NCBI GenBank assembly: GCA_947371415.1
Contig: CANBPJ010000001.1
Coordinates: 1-40,604, forward strand
Origin: Burkholderiaceae bacterium
GTDB taxonomy: Bacteria > Pseudomonadota > Gammaproteobacteria > Burkholderiales > Burkholderiaceae
Direction: 5' to 3'
Length of the DNA stretch: 40,604 nucleotides
Both the position numbers and the translations under genes were made by a program. This document shows, one piece after another, positions 8,869-18,477 of the stretch. The notes below the pieces were generated by a model. It did not search any database. It was given only the letters and a program-made list of their open reading frames with translations, and had not been told where the DNA came from. The first letter of the stretch is position 1, and each line of letters begins with the position of its first letter.

Positions 8869-8896
8869 TTATTCGTATTCGTAAAGGTAATCTTTT

Positions 8897-9640
8897 GTGA
8901 TTGATGCTTCATCTACAGTGAGGGCGCAGCTTGCCCCTCATGGCGTTCTATCTGCCTCGGTTTATTTGGGTAATTTTCTATTGGTGACTGGTCAATCAGC
9001 TTCTGGTGAGCCTACCGGAATCGCGCCTGATATTTGCCGTGCAATTGCTGAGCTTCTAGGCGTAGAGCTCAATCTCAGGGGCTGTAAAACTCAGGAAGAG
9101 GTTGTGGATTCAGCGGCCACTGGTCAATGCGGGATTGCATTGGTTGGTTCCGATCCGGCTCGTGCTCAGCTCGTGACATTTACGCCTGCCTATGTAGAGC
9201 TTGAGGCAACTTACCTAGTTCCCGCTAATTCACCCATCGTGAGTATTGCGCAGGTCGATCAACCTGGAGTTCGCATCGCTTCTTTTTTCAAGAGTGCATA
9301 TGATCTTTGGTTGCAGCGCAACCTCAAGCACGCCACCTTGGTTCATGCTGATAGCGTGGCGGCAAGTAATGAGTTGTTTGCTCGAGAAAACTTGGATGCA
9401 TTGGCCGGCTTAAAAACTGGTCTGGTAACTGCTTCTCAGAATATTCCGGGATCACGAATTCTGGATGGTCAGTTCACTGGTATTCAGCAAGCTATTGCCA
9501 CTAAAAATTCAAATCACGAATCTATTGAATTCTTGAGTGCTTGCGTTCAAGAATTAATTAGTACAGGTTTAGTAACGGCATTAATTCAGAAGTATCGGGT
9601 GCAGGGCCTCTCTGCTGCACCGGTATTGACGCATTCTTAA
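8897..9640 (+). CDS. Type 2 periplasmic-binding-fold protein (SBP family 3-like), no signal peptide
   Basis: LAPHG.L...V.LGN..L, GIAPD, DPARA, D.PGVRI, SAYDLWL.RNL, QQAIA. Confidence 0.75.
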   Translation: MIDASSTVRAQLAPHGVLSASVYLGNFLLVTGQSASGEPTGIAPDICRAIAELLGVELNLRGCKTQEEVVDSAATGQCGIALVGSDPARAQLVTFTPAYVELEATYLVPANSPIVSIAQVDQPGVRIASFFKSAYDLWLQRNLKHATLVHADSVAASNELFARENLDALAGLKTGLVTASQNIPGSRILDGQFTGIQQAIATKNSNHESIEFLSACVQELISTGLVTALIQKYRVQGLSAAPVLTHS

Positions 9641-9650
9641 GAAATCGAAT

Positions 9651-10622
9651 ATGAAAAAAATTGTATCTACTTTTATTTTGGGGTTTAGTCTTTTGAGTCT
9701 TCAGGGCGCGTCTGCTCAGGTTGCCAGCTATCCCAATCGTCAAATTAAAATCATTTCTCCATTTGCTACTGGCGGGATTGCCGATGGTTTTTCGCGGATC
9801 ATTGCTCAGGGCTTAAGCGAGGCCTATAGTCAGCCCGTCATTGTTGAAAACAAGACTGGTGGTGGAGGCAATATCGGCGCTGATTTTGTGGCCAAATCAC
9901 CGGCAGACGGCTATACATTAATCATGGGAAGTATTGGTACGCACGCTGTTAATCCCTATCTTGTGAAAAATATGCCTTATGACCCACTCAAGGACTTTGT
10001 ACCAGTGGCTTTTGTGCTTGATGCCGAAGGCTTGTTAGCGGTCAATCCAGGCCTGCCTGTTAAAAGTGTGAGTGAGCTCATAGCCTACGTAAAAGCCAAC
10101 CCAGGAAAAGTATCTTATGGGTCGGGCGGCATTGGTACTGCCAGTAATTTGGCGGGAGAGCTCTTTAACTTGACCGCAAAAATAGACATGACTCATATTC
10201 CTTACAAAGGAAATGCTTTGGCAATCACGGATTTGATTGGCGGACAAACGCAGGTCATGTTTGCTACTATGCCGACGATTCTGCCTTATGTGAAGAGTGA
10301 TAAATTGCGCGGCCTTGCAGTAACAGGTGCAACAAGGGATCCATCCATGCCAGATTTACCTAGCATCAGCGAGACGCTACCTGGATTTGATGTCAAAAAC
10401 TGGATTGGCTTATTTGCGCCTGCAGGCACTCCTCCGGCTATCGTGAAGAAGTTGCATGCTGAAGTAAACAAGATCATGATGCAGCCGGCAGTGCAAAAAA
10501 AGCTCGAGTCTGAGGGGGCTAAGTATTACGCTATGACGCCCGAGGCTTTTGGTGCTTTTCAGAAGAAAGAGTCAGTTCGCTGGGGCAAGATTATTAAAAG
10601 CGCGGGTATCAAGCCAGAATAA
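9651..10622 (+). CDS. Bug/TctC tripartite tricarboxylate transporter substrate-binding protein
   Basis: YP.R.IKII.PF..GG..D, VENKTGGGG.IG, DGYTL, HIPYKG; signal peptide. Confidence 0.92.
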   Translation: MKKIVSTFILGFSLLSLQGASAQVASYPNRQIKIISPFATGGIADGFSRIIAQGLSEAYSQPVIVENKTGGGGNIGADFVAKSPADGYTLIMGSIGTHAVNPYLVKNMPYDPLKDFVPVAFVLDAEGLLAVNPGLPVKSVSELIAYVKANPGKVSYGSGGIGTASNLAGELFNLTAKIDMTHIPYKGNALAITDLIGGQTQVMFATMPTILPYVKSDKLRGLAVTGATRDPSMPDLPSISETLPGFDVKNWIGLFAPAGTPPAIVKKLHAEVNKIMMQPAVQKKLESEGAKYYAMTPEAFGAFQKKESVRWGKIIKSAGIKPE

Positions 10623-10722
10623 GGCTTTAATCAGGGCAAGGCTTTTGCTCTTAACTCGGCTTATAATCAGCTAAGCGATTGAATTAAAAGAAATTTATTC
10701 TTTAAATACTGTTTTGGGTGGT

Positions 10723-10751
10723 TTGACAGTCCTCTGAGGCTCTTGGACAAT
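10723..10751 (+). promoter_or_regulatory. Sigma70-type promoter of the ccm operon
   Basis: Perfect -35 TTGACA (10723-10728), 17-bp spacer, -10 GACAAT (10746-10751); AT-rich tract upstream. Confidence 0.65.
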
Positions 10752-10759
10752 GCCTGGGG

Positions 10760-10776
10760 TGGTTTGATTCAAACCA
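10760..10776. promoter_or_regulatory. Perfect inverted repeat, candidate operator upstream of ccmA
   Basis: TGGTTTGA-T-TCAAACCA just downstream of the predicted +1. Confidence 0.45.
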
Positions 10777-10785
10777 TTTCTTCTG

Positions 10786-11433
10786 ATGACAGCCATTAAC
10801 TCCTCCATCCCTCAGTCCACTGCGCCCATGCTTGAGGCTCGTGCAATTACTTGCGTACGAGGTGAGCGAGAGTTATTTTCCGGGCTTGATTTGCAGGTGT
10901 CTCCCGGTGAATGTCTGCATATTCGAGGTGAGAACGGCGCCGGAAAAACAAGCCTTTTGCGCCTATTGACCGGCCTGGCCTCACCTGAGTCTGGTGAAGT
11001 TCTTTGGGATGGTGCCTCCATTAAAAAAGAGGCATTCGAATATCACAGCAAGCTATTATTTTTGGGTCATCGTGATGCCCTGAAGGAGGATTTGACTGCT
11101 CTTGAAAATCTTCGGATGTATGCGGCTATCGATGGAGTGGATCTGACTGATGTAGAAGCTTTTTCAACTCTGTGGCGATGCGGCTTGAAGGGGCGAGAAG
11201 ATCTTCCAGTCAGCTGCTTGTCTGCCGGGCAGAAAAAACGCGTACTGATGGCGCGTATGCTGACGCGACGTGCGCAAGTTTGGATCCTAGATGAGCCCTT
11301 TAATGCGCTAGATGCACAGGCCGTACATGAACTGCAAGGCTTAATAACTCAACATCTCAAGGCTAATGGTTTGGCGGTGTTGACGAGTCACCAGCCGTTA
11401 ACCATTTCAAATTTGAGGGTGCTGGACTTATGA
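10786..11433 (+). CDS. ccmA: Heme ABC exporter ATP-binding protein CcmA
   Basis: Walker A GENGAGKT, LSAGQKKR signature, WILDEP, LTSHQ. Confidence 0.93.
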   Translation: MTAINSSIPQSTAPMLEARAITCVRGERELFSGLDLQVSPGECLHIRGENGAGKTSLLRLLTGLASPESGEVLWDGASIKKEAFEYHSKLLFLGHRDALKEDLTALENLRMYAAIDGVDLTDVEAFSTLWRCGLKGREDLPVSCLSAGQKKRVLMARMLTRRAQVWILDEPFNALDAQAVHELQGLITQHLKANGLAVLTSHQPLTISNLRVLDL

Positions 11434-12095
11434 ACGCCTTCATTACTATTATTCAGCGTGATCTCTTACTAGTCATGCGCCGTAAGAGTGAGGTCTTGAC
11501 GGCACTATTCTTCTTTGTGATTGTGACCAGCCTATTCCCATTGGGAATCGGTGCCGACACCGCCTTGCTTAGAAAGATTGCCCCCGGTGTCATTTGGGTG
11601 GCCGCTTTGCTCTCAACTTTGCTTGGTCTGCAGCGGATGTTTGCGTCAGATTATGCTGATGGCACTCTAGAGCAATTGGTTTTATCTCCCAATTCCTTTA
11701 CATCGTTGGTATTTGGCAAGATCATTGCCCATTGGTTGGTCTCGGGGCTTCCCTTGGTTTTATTGGCGCCGGTGATTGGTATTCAATTTGATTTGGATGT
11801 CGAGTCACTCAGGGTGCTAATGGCGGCGCTGCTACTGGGAACACCCGTTCTATCATTGCTAGGCTCGATTGGAGCAGCTTTAACTTTAGGGGTGAGGGGC
11901 GGTAGCGTATTGATGAGTCTCTTGATATTGCCACTCTATATTCCGGTATTGATTTTCGGTGCTGGCGCTGTGTACGCCAGCAGCGTAGGACTTGATATCA
12001 CAGGCCATTTTTCTCTATTGGGCGCTTTATTCATTTTGGCATTAGCATTTGTGCCTTGGGTTAGTGCTTCTGCTGTCAAGATTGCTATCGAATGA
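11430..12095 (+). CDS. ccmB: Heme exporter permease CcmB
   Basis: LFPLGIG, F..DYADGTLEQL, LLILPL.IPVLIFG. Confidence 0.93.
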   Translation: MNAFITIIQRDLLLVMRRKSEVLTALFFFVIVTSLFPLGIGADTALLRKIAPGVIWVAALLSTLLGLQRMFASDYADGTLEQLVLSPNSFTSLVFGKIIAHWLVSGLPLVLLAPVIGIQFDLDVESLRVLMAALLLGTPVLSLLGSIGAALTLGVRGGSVLMSLLILPLYIPVLIFGAGAVYASSVGLDITGHFSLLGALFILALAFVPWVSASAVKIAIE

Positions 12096-12862
12096 GTCAT
12101 ATAAATAATTTATCTTCTGGTCGCGTAATGAACTGGTTCAAATTCTCGAGCCCAAGTACTTTTTATCCTTTGGCTGGAAAAATGATTCCTTGGTTTTGGG
12201 CGCTGTGCATTATTTTTGGAGTAGCCGGCTTGTGGGTCAGCTTCTTTGTTGCTCCAGTAGATGCAGTGCAAGGTCAGGGTTATCGAATTATTTTTATCCA
12301 TGTGCCCGCATCTTGGATGTCTATGTTCATCTATTTAGTGATGGCTGCTTGGGCGGGCTTGGGTTTGGTATTCAATACGCGCTTGTCAGCCATGATGGCG
12401 CAGGCACTTGCGCCGATTGGCGCTTGGATGGCATTTCTGTCTTTATGGACCGGCGCCTTTTGGGGTAAGCCAATGTGGGGTGCTTGGTGGGTTTGGGATG
12501 CCCGCTTAACTTCAGAATTAATCTTACTTTTCTTATATTTAGGCTTTATTGCTCTGCAGGCATCCATCGACAATACACGTAGGGCGGATAAGGCAGGAGC
12601 CATCTTGGCCTTAGTTGGCGTTGTAAATGTCCCCATTATTTATTTTTCAGTGAAATGGTGGAATACCTTGCATCAAGGAGCTTCCGTTTCTTTAACCAAG
12701 GCCCCAGCTATGGCTCAGACTATGCTCTGGGGAATGCTCTTGATGGCTTTATGCTTATGGATGTACTCAGTCGCAGTAGGGTTAATGCGAGTGCGCGCCA
12801 TTATTTTGGAGCGCGAAGCACATACTGACTGGGTTAAGCAACTAAATGAGGTTAAGTGTTGA
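12092..12862 (+). CDS. ccmC: Heme chaperone/exporter CcmC
   Basis: IIFIHVP, WWD domain WGKPMWGAWWVWDARLT, WWNTLHQ. Confidence 0.95.
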   Translation: MSHINNLSSGRVMNWFKFSSPSTFYPLAGKMIPWFWALCIIFGVAGLWVSFFVAPVDAVQGQGYRIIFIHVPASWMSMFIYLVMAAWAGLGLVFNTRLSAMMAQALAPIGAWMAFLSLWTGAFWGKPMWGAWWVWDARLTSELILLFLYLGFIALQASIDNTRRADKAGAILALVGVVNVPIIYFSVKWWNTLHQGASVSLTKAPAMAQTMLWGMLLMALCLWMYSVAVGLMRVRAIILEREAHTDWVKQLNEVKC

Positions 12863-13050
12863 TGTGGAATAGTCCTGCAGAATTTTTTGCGATGGGAGGT
12901 TACGCCCTTTATGTCTGGTGCAGCTTTGGGGTATGCGCCCTGGTGTTTGTGATTGAGCCTTTGGCTGTTCGAGCACGCCATCAGGCCATTGTGCGTAGAC
13001 TTCAACGTGAAGTCCTGGCAGAGCAGTTTGATCAAAAGGGTGGAAAGTGA
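12862..13050 (+). CDS. ccmD: Heme exporter protein CcmD
   Basis: [19 protein letters not shown], single TM; TGATG coupling to ccmC. Confidence 0.9.
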   Translation: MWNSPAEFFAMGGYALYVWCSFGVCALVFVIEPLAVRARHQAIVRRLQREVLAEQFDQKGGK

Positions 13051-13478
13051 AGCCAAGACATAAGCGAGCAGCCATGATTGTTGGCGCACTCATTGCCATT
13101 GGTGTAGCGGCAATATTGATTTTGAATGCACTGAATAGCAATATTGCTTTGTATGTCACTCCTAGTGAAGTGGCTGCTGGCAAGTCGCCTACAGGCCAAG
13201 TCTTTCGAATTGGCGGCATGGTTAAGGATGGCTCACTCAAGCGGGATGGTTTAACAGCGCACTTTGTGATTACCGATTTGGTAAAAGACATTCCTGTTGC
13301 TTACACTGGCATTCTTCCGGATTTATTTAAAGAAGGTAAGGGCGCGGTGATTCAAGGTCGCCTTGATCCAAGCGGTCAATTTATTGCTAGCGAAGTACTG
13401 GCTAAGCATGATGAGAACTATATGCCCCCAGAAGCTAAGCATGCTTTAGAGCAAGCTCAAAAAAATGGAAGTAAATAA
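13047..13478 (+). CDS. ccmE: Heme chaperone CcmE
   Basis: [12 protein letters not shown] and LAKHDENY (heme-binding HxxxY). Confidence 0.95.
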   Translation: MKPRHKRAAMIVGALIAIGVAAILILNALNSNIALYVTPSEVAAGKSPTGQVFRIGGMVKDGSLKRDGLTAHFVITDLVKDIPVAYTGILPDLFKEGKGAVIQGRLDPSGQFIASEVLAKHDENYMPPEAKHALEQAQKNGSK

Positions 13479-15397
13479 TGATCCCTGAGTTTGGGCACTA
13501 CGCATTAATTCTGGCTTTATGTGTTGCGATCATTCAAGGCATTCTTCCATTGCTCGGGGCTCATTACAGCCGGCGTGAGTGGATCCTATTGGCTAGACCT
13601 GCTGCCCAAACTGTTTTCTTATTGCTCGCAATTGCATTTACGATTCTGGCCTGGAGTTTTTATACCAATGATTTTTCTGTTTTGTATGTGGCAGAGCATT
13701 CGAATTCACAGCTCCCAGTCATTTATCGCTTAGGCGCAGTATGGGGCGGTCATGAGGGCTCTTTATTACTCTGGATTTTCTTGTTATCTACTTGGACTTT
13801 TTTAGTGGCACAACTTTCCAAGTCGCTCGATGAATTCATGGTTGCTCGAGTGATTGGTGTGTTGGGTTTGGTAACTACGGGACTAATCTTATTTGTCCTG
13901 ACTACATCAAACCCTTTTGAGAGACTCTTACCCGCTGCACAGGATGGCCGTTCTTTAAATCCGCTCTTGCAGGATCCGGGTTTGGTGTTTCATCCACCAA
14001 TGCTATATATGGGTTACGTTGGCTTCTCAGTAGCGTTTGCGTTTGCGATTGCGTCTTTGCTTTCTGGTCGCTTAGATGCGGCATGGGCGCGCTGGTCGCG
14101 TCCCTGGACAACAGCGGCATGGGTATTTCTGACTCTGGGGATTGCCCTAGGATCTTGGTGGGCTTATTACGAATTAGGTTGGGGCGGTTGGTGGTTTTGG
14201 GACCCTGTTGAGAATGCCTCATTCATTCCTTGGTTGGTTGGCACTGCTTTGCTACATTCCTTGGCTGTTACCGAGAAGCGCGGCGGGTTCAAGAGTTGGA
14301 CCGTGTTGTTGGCAATTACCGCTTTCTCACTGTCACTCTTGGGTACATTCTTGGTGCGCTCTGGCGTTCTGACTTCGGTTCATGCTTTTGCCACTGACCC
14401 TAAGCGCGGCATTTTTATTTTGATTTTCCTGGTGCTGGTAGTAGGTTCCTCACTAACGCTCTACGCTTGGCGCGCACCCAAAAGCACGCTTGGTGGTAAG
14501 TTCAGCTTAACTTCGCGTGAAACATTTATTCTGCTTGGCAATGTGTTTTTAGTGGTGTCAGCAGCGTCAGTGCTTCTAGGTACGCTCTATCCCTTGCTGA
14601 TTGATGCTCTGCATTTAGGAAAAATCTCAGTAGGCCCTCCTTACTTTAATAGCGTCTTTGTCCCAATCATGATTCCATTATTGGTATTAATGGGAGTTGG
14701 GCCTTGGACTAGTTGGAAAAACTCTAATCTATTGGCTGTCATTCAACGTTTATGGATTGCAGCATTGGTAGCAGTCATTGCAGCTGCTTCGATTCCGTTT
14801 GTGATGGGTGAATTCACTTGGCTTAGTAGTCTTGGTTTCTTATTGGCATTTTGGGTGATTGCTTCGGGAGTGATGCAAATCATTCGCCAAGCAAAAGCAG
14901 GCAAACCAACTCGTTCGTTTATTGGTATGCAGGTAGCGCATCTTGGAATAGCAGTATTTGTCATTGGCGTTACGATGGTGGGCGCGTATCAAGAAGAGAA
15001 AGATGTGCGCATGCTCGCCGGCGAGAGTGTGAGTGTTGGTGGCTATCAAATTCAGCTACAAGGTGTGACCGCCGTTCCCGGTCCCAACTACAAAGCGATG
15101 CAAGGTACTTTTTTGCTGACCCGCAATGGGAAGTTGGAAGCAACCATGTATCCAGAAAAACGTAGCTACTTTTCTTCTACGATGCCAATGACCGAGGCGG
15201 CAATTGACGTTGGCCTAACTCGAGATATTTATGTTTCTCTGGGTGAGGAGTTGGACGATAAGGCATGGGCCGTGAGGGTCTATTACAAGCCTTTTGTGGA
15301 TTGGATTTGGTTTGGATGTTTATTGATGGCTTTGGGCGGGGTACTAGCAATGTCCGATAAGCGTTATCGCATGAAGTTGCGGAAGGCTTCAGCATGA
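13478..15397 (+). CDS. ccmF: Heme lyase CcmF
   Basis: WGGHEGSLLLW, HPPMLY.GY, WGGWWFWDPVEN, SVHAF. Confidence 0.96.
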   Translation: MIPEFGHYALILALCVAIIQGILPLLGAHYSRREWILLARPAAQTVFLLLAIAFTILAWSFYTNDFSVLYVAEHSNSQLPVIYRLGAVWGGHEGSLLLWIFLLSTWTFLVAQLSKSLDEFMVARVIGVLGLVTTGLILFVLTTSNPFERLLPAAQDGRSLNPLLQDPGLVFHPPMLYMGYVGFSVAFAFAIASLLSGRLDAAWARWSRPWTTAAWVFLTLGIALGSWWAYYELGWGGWWFWDPVENASFIPWLVGTALLHSLAVTEKRGGFKSWTVLLAITAFSLSLLGTFLVRSGVLTSVHAFATDPKRGIFILIFLVLVVGSSLTLYAWRAPKSTLGGKFSLTSRETFILLGNVFLVVSAASVLLGTLYPLLIDALHLGKISVGPPYFNSVFVPIMIPLLVLMGVGPWTSWKNSNLLAVIQRLWIAALVAVIAAASIPFVMGEFTWLSSLGFLLAFWVIASGVMQIIRQAKAGKPTRSFIGMQVAHLGIAVFVIGVTMVGAYQEEKDVRMLAGESVSVGGYQIQLQGVTAVPGPNYKAMQGTFLLTRNGKLEATMYPEKRSYFSSTMPMTEAAIDVGLTRDIYVSLGEELDDKAWAVRVYYKPFVDWIWFGCLLMALGGVLAMSDKRYRMKLRKASA

Positions 15398-15918
15398 AAG
15401 CCAAGTTTTTAATTCCACTCCTCTTGTTTGTCATTCTGGTTGGATTCTTGGCGGTAGGCTTAAATCGAGATCCACACGAAGTACCTTCTCCGTTGATCGG
15501 TAAGCAGGCACCTGCTTTTGAATTGCCTCAATTAGCCGATCCCCAAAAAACTTTTTCCCCTGAGAGCATGAAAGGAAAGCCCTGGATTTTGAATGTATGG
15601 GCCTCTTGGTGTGTTGCTTGTCGTGAAGAGCATCCCGTTCTGGTTGAATTAGGCAAGTTGCAGGTGGCACCGATTATTGGGTTGGATTACAAAGACAAGC
15701 GTGAAGATGCCATGGCTATGCTCGCTCGCCAAGGGAATCCGTATTCCCTATCTGCATTTGATGCCAACGGCCGGGTAGGTATTGATTATGGCGTCTATGG
15801 GGTTCCAGAGACGTACGTGATTGATAAGGCTGGTGTGATTCGGTTTAAACACATTGGCCCGATCACTCAGGAATTACTGAATCAGAAAATCATTCCTTTA
15901 TTGGGCGAGCTTCAATAA
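15394..15918 (+). CDS. ccmG: Thiol:disulfide interchange protein CcmG/DsbE
   Basis: N-terminal TM, WASWCVAC, GVYGVPET. Confidence 0.95.
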   Translation: MKAKFLIPLLLFVILVGFLAVGLNRDPHEVPSPLIGKQAPAFELPQLADPQKTFSPESMKGKPWILNVWASWCVACREEHPVLVELGKLQVAPIIGLDYKDKREDAMAMLARQGNPYSLSAFDANGRVGIDYGVYGVPETYVIDKAGVIRFKHIGPITQELLNQKIIPLLGELQ

Positions 15919-16418
15919 TGACTAAGCGAATTTTTCAGTCTTTTGCTTTTGCTTTGCTAACTACGGGCTTATTCAACACTACTTTCGCTAAAGACGCAGT
16001 GCCGCTAGCTGATGATCCTGTTACTGAGCAGCGCCTGATTGTGATCTCAGAAGAAATGCGTTGCTTGGTTTGTCAGAATGAATCCCTTGCGGGCTCTCGC
16101 TCTGATTTGGCGAATGACTTGCGTCGAGAGATTCGTATCTTGATTAAAGAGGGTAAGACGGACGAGCAAATTCGGAGTTTTATGGTTGAGCGTTACGGTG
16201 ATTTTGTCTTATACCGCCCACCCGTTAAGCCCATTACTTGGCTATTGTGGATAGGCCCTTTTGTAATTTTGCTTGCTGGCATTATTGGTTTGATGGTCTA
16301 TCTGCGTCGCAGAAATCGGAGTGTGCCCAGTACTACGCTATCGGAAGAAGATAATCGCCGTATTGATGCGCTGCTGAAGGACGCAAAATCCGGCTCAACA
16401 GAAAATGCACATGACTAG
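15918..16418 (+). CDS. ccmH: Cytochrome c biogenesis protein CcmH
   Basis: RCLVCQNES, RYGDFVLY.PP, C-terminal TM. Confidence 0.95.
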   Translation: MTKRIFQSFAFALLTTGLFNTTFAKDAVPLADDPVTEQRLIVISEEMRCLVCQNESLAGSRSDLANDLRREIRILIKEGKTDEQIRSFMVERYGDFVLYRPPVKPITWLLWIGPFVILLAGIIGLMVYLRRRNRSVPSTTLSEEDNRRIDALLKDAKSGSTENAHD

Positions 16419-17601
16419 TTTTTTAATACCCGCTCTCCTCTTATTGATCTTGGTCTTGGTGCTGCTGCTACGCCCATTCTTTTTTCCCGCAAAGGAGTCG
16501 GCCACCTCGCGTCGTCAGATGAATGCGGCTATTTATCGAGAAGAGCTCGATAAGCTCGAGGCGGATCGCCTATCAGGCGCGGTTGACAGTACAAGCTATG
16601 AGCAGACTCACGCAGAAATGCGTCAGCGTCTTTTTCAGGATACTGATGAGGCAGATGATCTTGCGGTTTTGGGCTCCCCCAAGAAAACCATCATTGGAAT
16701 TTGCATCTTCATAGTGCTGCTTTCATCAGGCTTTTACTTTTTCTTGGGCGATGCCTCTCGGATTGCCGAAAAGAATGCTGAAAATCCAATGACACAAGCA
16801 TCCGTAGAAAAGATGGTTGCTGAGTTTGCTGCCAAGATGGAAAAAGAGCCAGATAACCTTAAGGGCTGGGCGATGTTGGCGCGCTCCTATCGGATTTTGG
16901 GTCGTAATGCCGAGGCTGAAAAAGCCTATGCTCGAGCAGGATCTTTTGTGGATGCTGACCCACAATTATTGGCGGACTATGCTGATGTATTGGCGGCAAA
17001 CGCGAATGGTAATTTTTCTGGCAAGCCACTACAGCTGATTAATAAAGCATTGGCACTAGATCCAAATAATTTACTGGCTTTATGGCTTTCTGGCACTGCA
17101 GCCTTTAATGCGCAGAACTACAAAGCAGCAGTACAGTCATGGGAAAGGCTAGCCAAGCAATTGCCTGTAGAGTCAGATGAAGCGCGTGCGATTGCGTCCT
17201 CAATTGCCGAGGCCCGTAGTAAAGGAGGGCTCCCTCCAGCTAGTGCACCAGTGATTAGCAATCAGGGAGTGAGTGGGCAAGTGGACATGAGTCCTGAGTT
17301 GAAGTCTAAGATAAAGTCAGGCGATATCTTGATGGTAATTGCACGTAAGCCTGGTGAGCGTATGCCAGTGGCAGTCCTCAAAACCGCTGTAACGACATTC
17401 CCAATGAGTTTTGTTTTAAACGATGCTTTGGCAATGAGTCCCAATGCATTGATTTCTCAATTGCCGGAGGTGTTGCTGGAGGTGCGCGTCTCCAAAACCG
17501 GAATGGCTATGCCAGAGGCTGGCGACTTGATCTCTAAACCTCAAGCGATCAAAGTGGGCACGACCAATGCCCACTTAATGATCGATCAAGTTAGACCTTA
17601 A
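16411..17601 (+). CDS. ccmI: Cytochrome c biogenesis protein CcmI/CycH (TPR)
   Basis: Two TMs, N.AIYRE.L, TPR repeats (GW.MLARSY, LADYAD) and a C-terminal P.AV..FP..F.L.D..AM domain; alternative ATG at 16405. Confidence 0.9.
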   Translation: MTSFLIPALLLLILVLVLLLRPFFFPAKESATSRRQMNAAIYREELDKLEADRLSGAVDSTSYEQTHAEMRQRLFQDTDEADDLAVLGSPKKTIIGICIFIVLLSSGFYFFLGDASRIAEKNAENPMTQASVEKMVAEFAAKMEKEPDNLKGWAMLARSYRILGRNAEAEKAYARAGSFVDADPQLLADYADVLAANANGNFSGKPLQLINKALALDPNNLLALWLSGTAAFNAQNYKAAVQSWERLAKQLPVESDEARAIASSIAEARSKGGLPPASAPVISNQGVSGQVDMSPELKSKIKSGDILMVIARKPGERMPVAVLKTAVTTFPMSFVLNDALAMSPNALISQLPEVLLEVRVSKTGMAMPEAGDLISKPQAIKVGTTNAHLMIDQVRP

Positions 17602-18363
17602 TTACCCTCGCCCAACAAAGGGCATATTGCTTGCCATGATAGTCATGGAGAGAATATTGCTCTCTAAGGGTAGTTGGGCCATGTGAAGGACGGCTTGCCC
17701 AACATGATCTACATCCATGAGCGGCTCAACCTTTTTTGACCCATCTGGCTGCAGAATGCCCGCAGCCATTGGGATGGTCATCTCGGTACCCGCATTACCA
17801 ATATCGATTTGACCGCAGGTGATATTAAATGGGCGACCATCTAGAGCAATGGATTTAGTTAGCCCCGTAATGGCGTGTTTAGTGGCTGTATAGGGCGCAG
17901 ACATCGGGCGGGGGGCATGCGCAGAAATAGAGCCATTATTAATGATGCGCCCGCCTTGGGGTGATTGTGCTTTCATCATGCGGATAGCCTCTTGCGAGCA
18001 CAAAAAAGCTCCGCAGAGATTGGCGTTGACGACATTCATCCACTGCTCATAACTTAATTCTTCCATGGGAATTGCTGGAGCCCCCATACCGGCATTGTTA
18101 AAGAGCACATCAATGCGACCAAAATGGTGTTTAATTTCTGAAAACAAGTGTTTTACTTCTTCCGGCTTACCCACATCACAAGCAACAGCAAGACAGTTTT
18201 GAGCGCTACCACCAATGGCTTGAATGGCGAGATTCAATTTTTCTAGATTTCTACCTGTAAGAGCTACCCTAAAGCCACCATGCAATAGTGCCTTAGCTGC
18301 GGCTTTACCAATACCTGTTCCCGCCCCCGTGACTAGGGCCACCTTATTTAGGCTTGAATTCAT
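17602..18363 (-). CDS. Classical SDR family oxidoreductase
   Basis: [30 protein letters not shown]. Confidence 0.92.
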   Translation of the reverse strand: MNSSLNKVALVTGAGTGIGKAAAKALLHGGFRVALTGRNLEKLNLAIQAIGGSAQNCLAVACDVGKPEEVKHLFSEIKHHFGRIDVLFNNAGMGAPAIPMEELSYEQWMNVVNANLCGAFLCSQEAIRMMKAQSPQGGRIINNGSISAHAPRPMSAPYTATKHAITGLTKSIALDGRPFNITCGQIDIGNAGTEMTIPMAAGILQPDGSKKVEPLMDVDHVGQAVLHMAQLPLESNILSMTIMASNMPFVGRG

Positions 18364-18411
18364 GAATGTCCTAATGGTTCTCTGAAACCATCATCTTATC
18401 TCGAAATATTC

Positions 18412-18425
18412 GAATGAATTCATTC
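18412..18425. promoter_or_regulatory. Perfect 14-bp palindrome in a divergent promoter region (candidate operator)
   Basis: GAATGAATTCATTC. Confidence 0.4.
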
Positions 18426-18477
18426 TGTTACCGATTCTTGGGCTCGGGGCATAATGGCAAAAACAAGAAGAATTCTT

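Noticed and set aside
10764-10777. TTGAT-TCAA-ACCAT as an FNR box for ccm
   Set aside because: The right half-site has two mismatches and the site lies downstream of the predicted +1; the longer perfect palindrome explains the sequence better.
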